A DNA stretch of 63,482 nt, filler included, from Octopus bimaculoides (taxonomy: Eukaryota): NCBI RefSeq assembly GCF_001194135.2. It is 7 parts of 7 records of this genome, joined end to end, with 100 filler letters (N's around TTAATTAATTAA, not from the genome) between each part and the next. Parts side by side here need not be neighbours in the genome. Positions count along the whole stretch, not along the records: positions 60,628 to 63,482 come from NC_069003.1; 6 more parts are not named here. One strand, given 5' to 3'. Below are positions 62,581 through 63,482 of this stretch, in pieces (positions within the stretch are counted from its first letter, which is position 1; each line of letters opens with the position of its first letter). The translations under genes and the position numbers were made by a program. The notes beneath the pieces are model-generated. The model saw nothing but the letters and a program-made list of their open reading frames with translations. It did not search any database and had not been told where the DNA came from.

Positions 62581-63130
62581 AAAAGAGTAGAAAAAAGTGT
62601 TCGATGACCAATACCCTATAGACATCGAAGGGCTTAAGTAAATAACCGCCTTGGGGTGAGACTTCATTTTATGCACATTTAAAGGAGGAAAGATTAACGT
62701 TGACGTTTCTGCATTGAACTTTGATCGCACAGATCCGGAACAGACATCGCAAAGTTCTACGCTCTAGCGGCTTTGCTAATTCGATATGTGCACATGCTTC
62801 TTATTTATCCAAAATTACTCCGATAAAGCAAAACAGATTTATTTTCATACAGAGTAATTTACGAGGTTATTCACATCCTCAATAAACGTTTCTGTTTTTG
62901 TTGCTTTGTTGCATACGCGATCGCTCGCTTTGATACGCTTTCAGTTTTGATTAATTTTGCATCCAACACCATGTGACTAAATGCGAAGTTCATTGTCCAC
63001 AAGACAGATGCATTTAATTCCCAGCCTAATGAGGTACTCCAGCACTGAAAACAAAAAATTTTCCTGCTGAAAATATTTGTAAGGCTGTGGAGCAATACAA
63101 TCCTATTCTACTTAATATGGTATGTCGAGA

Positions 63131-63358
63131 GGGCAGCGAGCTGGCAGCGAGCTGGCAGAATCGATAGCACGTCCGGTGAAATACTTAACGGTATTTCGTC
63201 TGTCTTTACGTTCTGAATTCAAATTCCGCCGAGGTCGACTTTGCCTTTCATCCTTTCGGAGTCGATGAATTAAGTACCAGATACGTACTGGAGTCGATCT
63301 AATCGACTGGCCCCCTCCTTCAAAATTTCGGGCCTTCTACCTAGAGTAGAAAAGAATA
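63131..63358 (+). mobile_element. SINE family B copy with an 11-bp duplication in the head
   Basis: GCAGCGAGCTG occurs twice; A and B boxes intact. Confidence 0.85.
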
Positions 63359-63482
63359 CGGAATGTCGAGGTTTCTTTCAGTGTTATACTCCAACAAGAG
63401 ATATTCGCCACAGCCCCAAAGTACTAGCTATCCACTATCTTATGTGTATGTATGGATATATATATATATATATATATATATA

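Overview
AT-rich, microsatellite-dense eukaryotic draft-assembly DNA with many N gaps. Six of the gaps carry an artificial TTAATTAATTAA spacer. The repeat content suggests an octopus genome (inference). Two multi-exon genes can be rebuilt by hand, arranged head-to-head. DMAC2/ATP5SL-like is on the minus strand (coding exons 35112-34952, 33814-33597, 32091-31929, 31127-30977; N-terminus unresolved). CGRRF1-like is on the plus strand (39676-39818, 41962-42092, 43697-43871, 44902-45055, 46269-46376, 47028-47645; 442 aa, N-terminal TM helix, C3HC4 RING). The rest is transposon-derived: a full-length dead Tc1, mariner deletion derivatives and MITEs, RTE, CR1/L2, CRE and Penelope-like fragments, and at least three tRNA-derived SINE families. 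There is no CRISPR array, rRNA or credible tRNA gene. I found no clearly new multi-gene system. The strongest observations are a U12-type (minor spliceosome) intron in CGRRF1, a CRE-clade retrotransposon relic and a perfect 24-bp hairpin between the divergent genes, and a sense-strand bias of intronic retroelements. Repeat boundaries are approximate and were read by eye.
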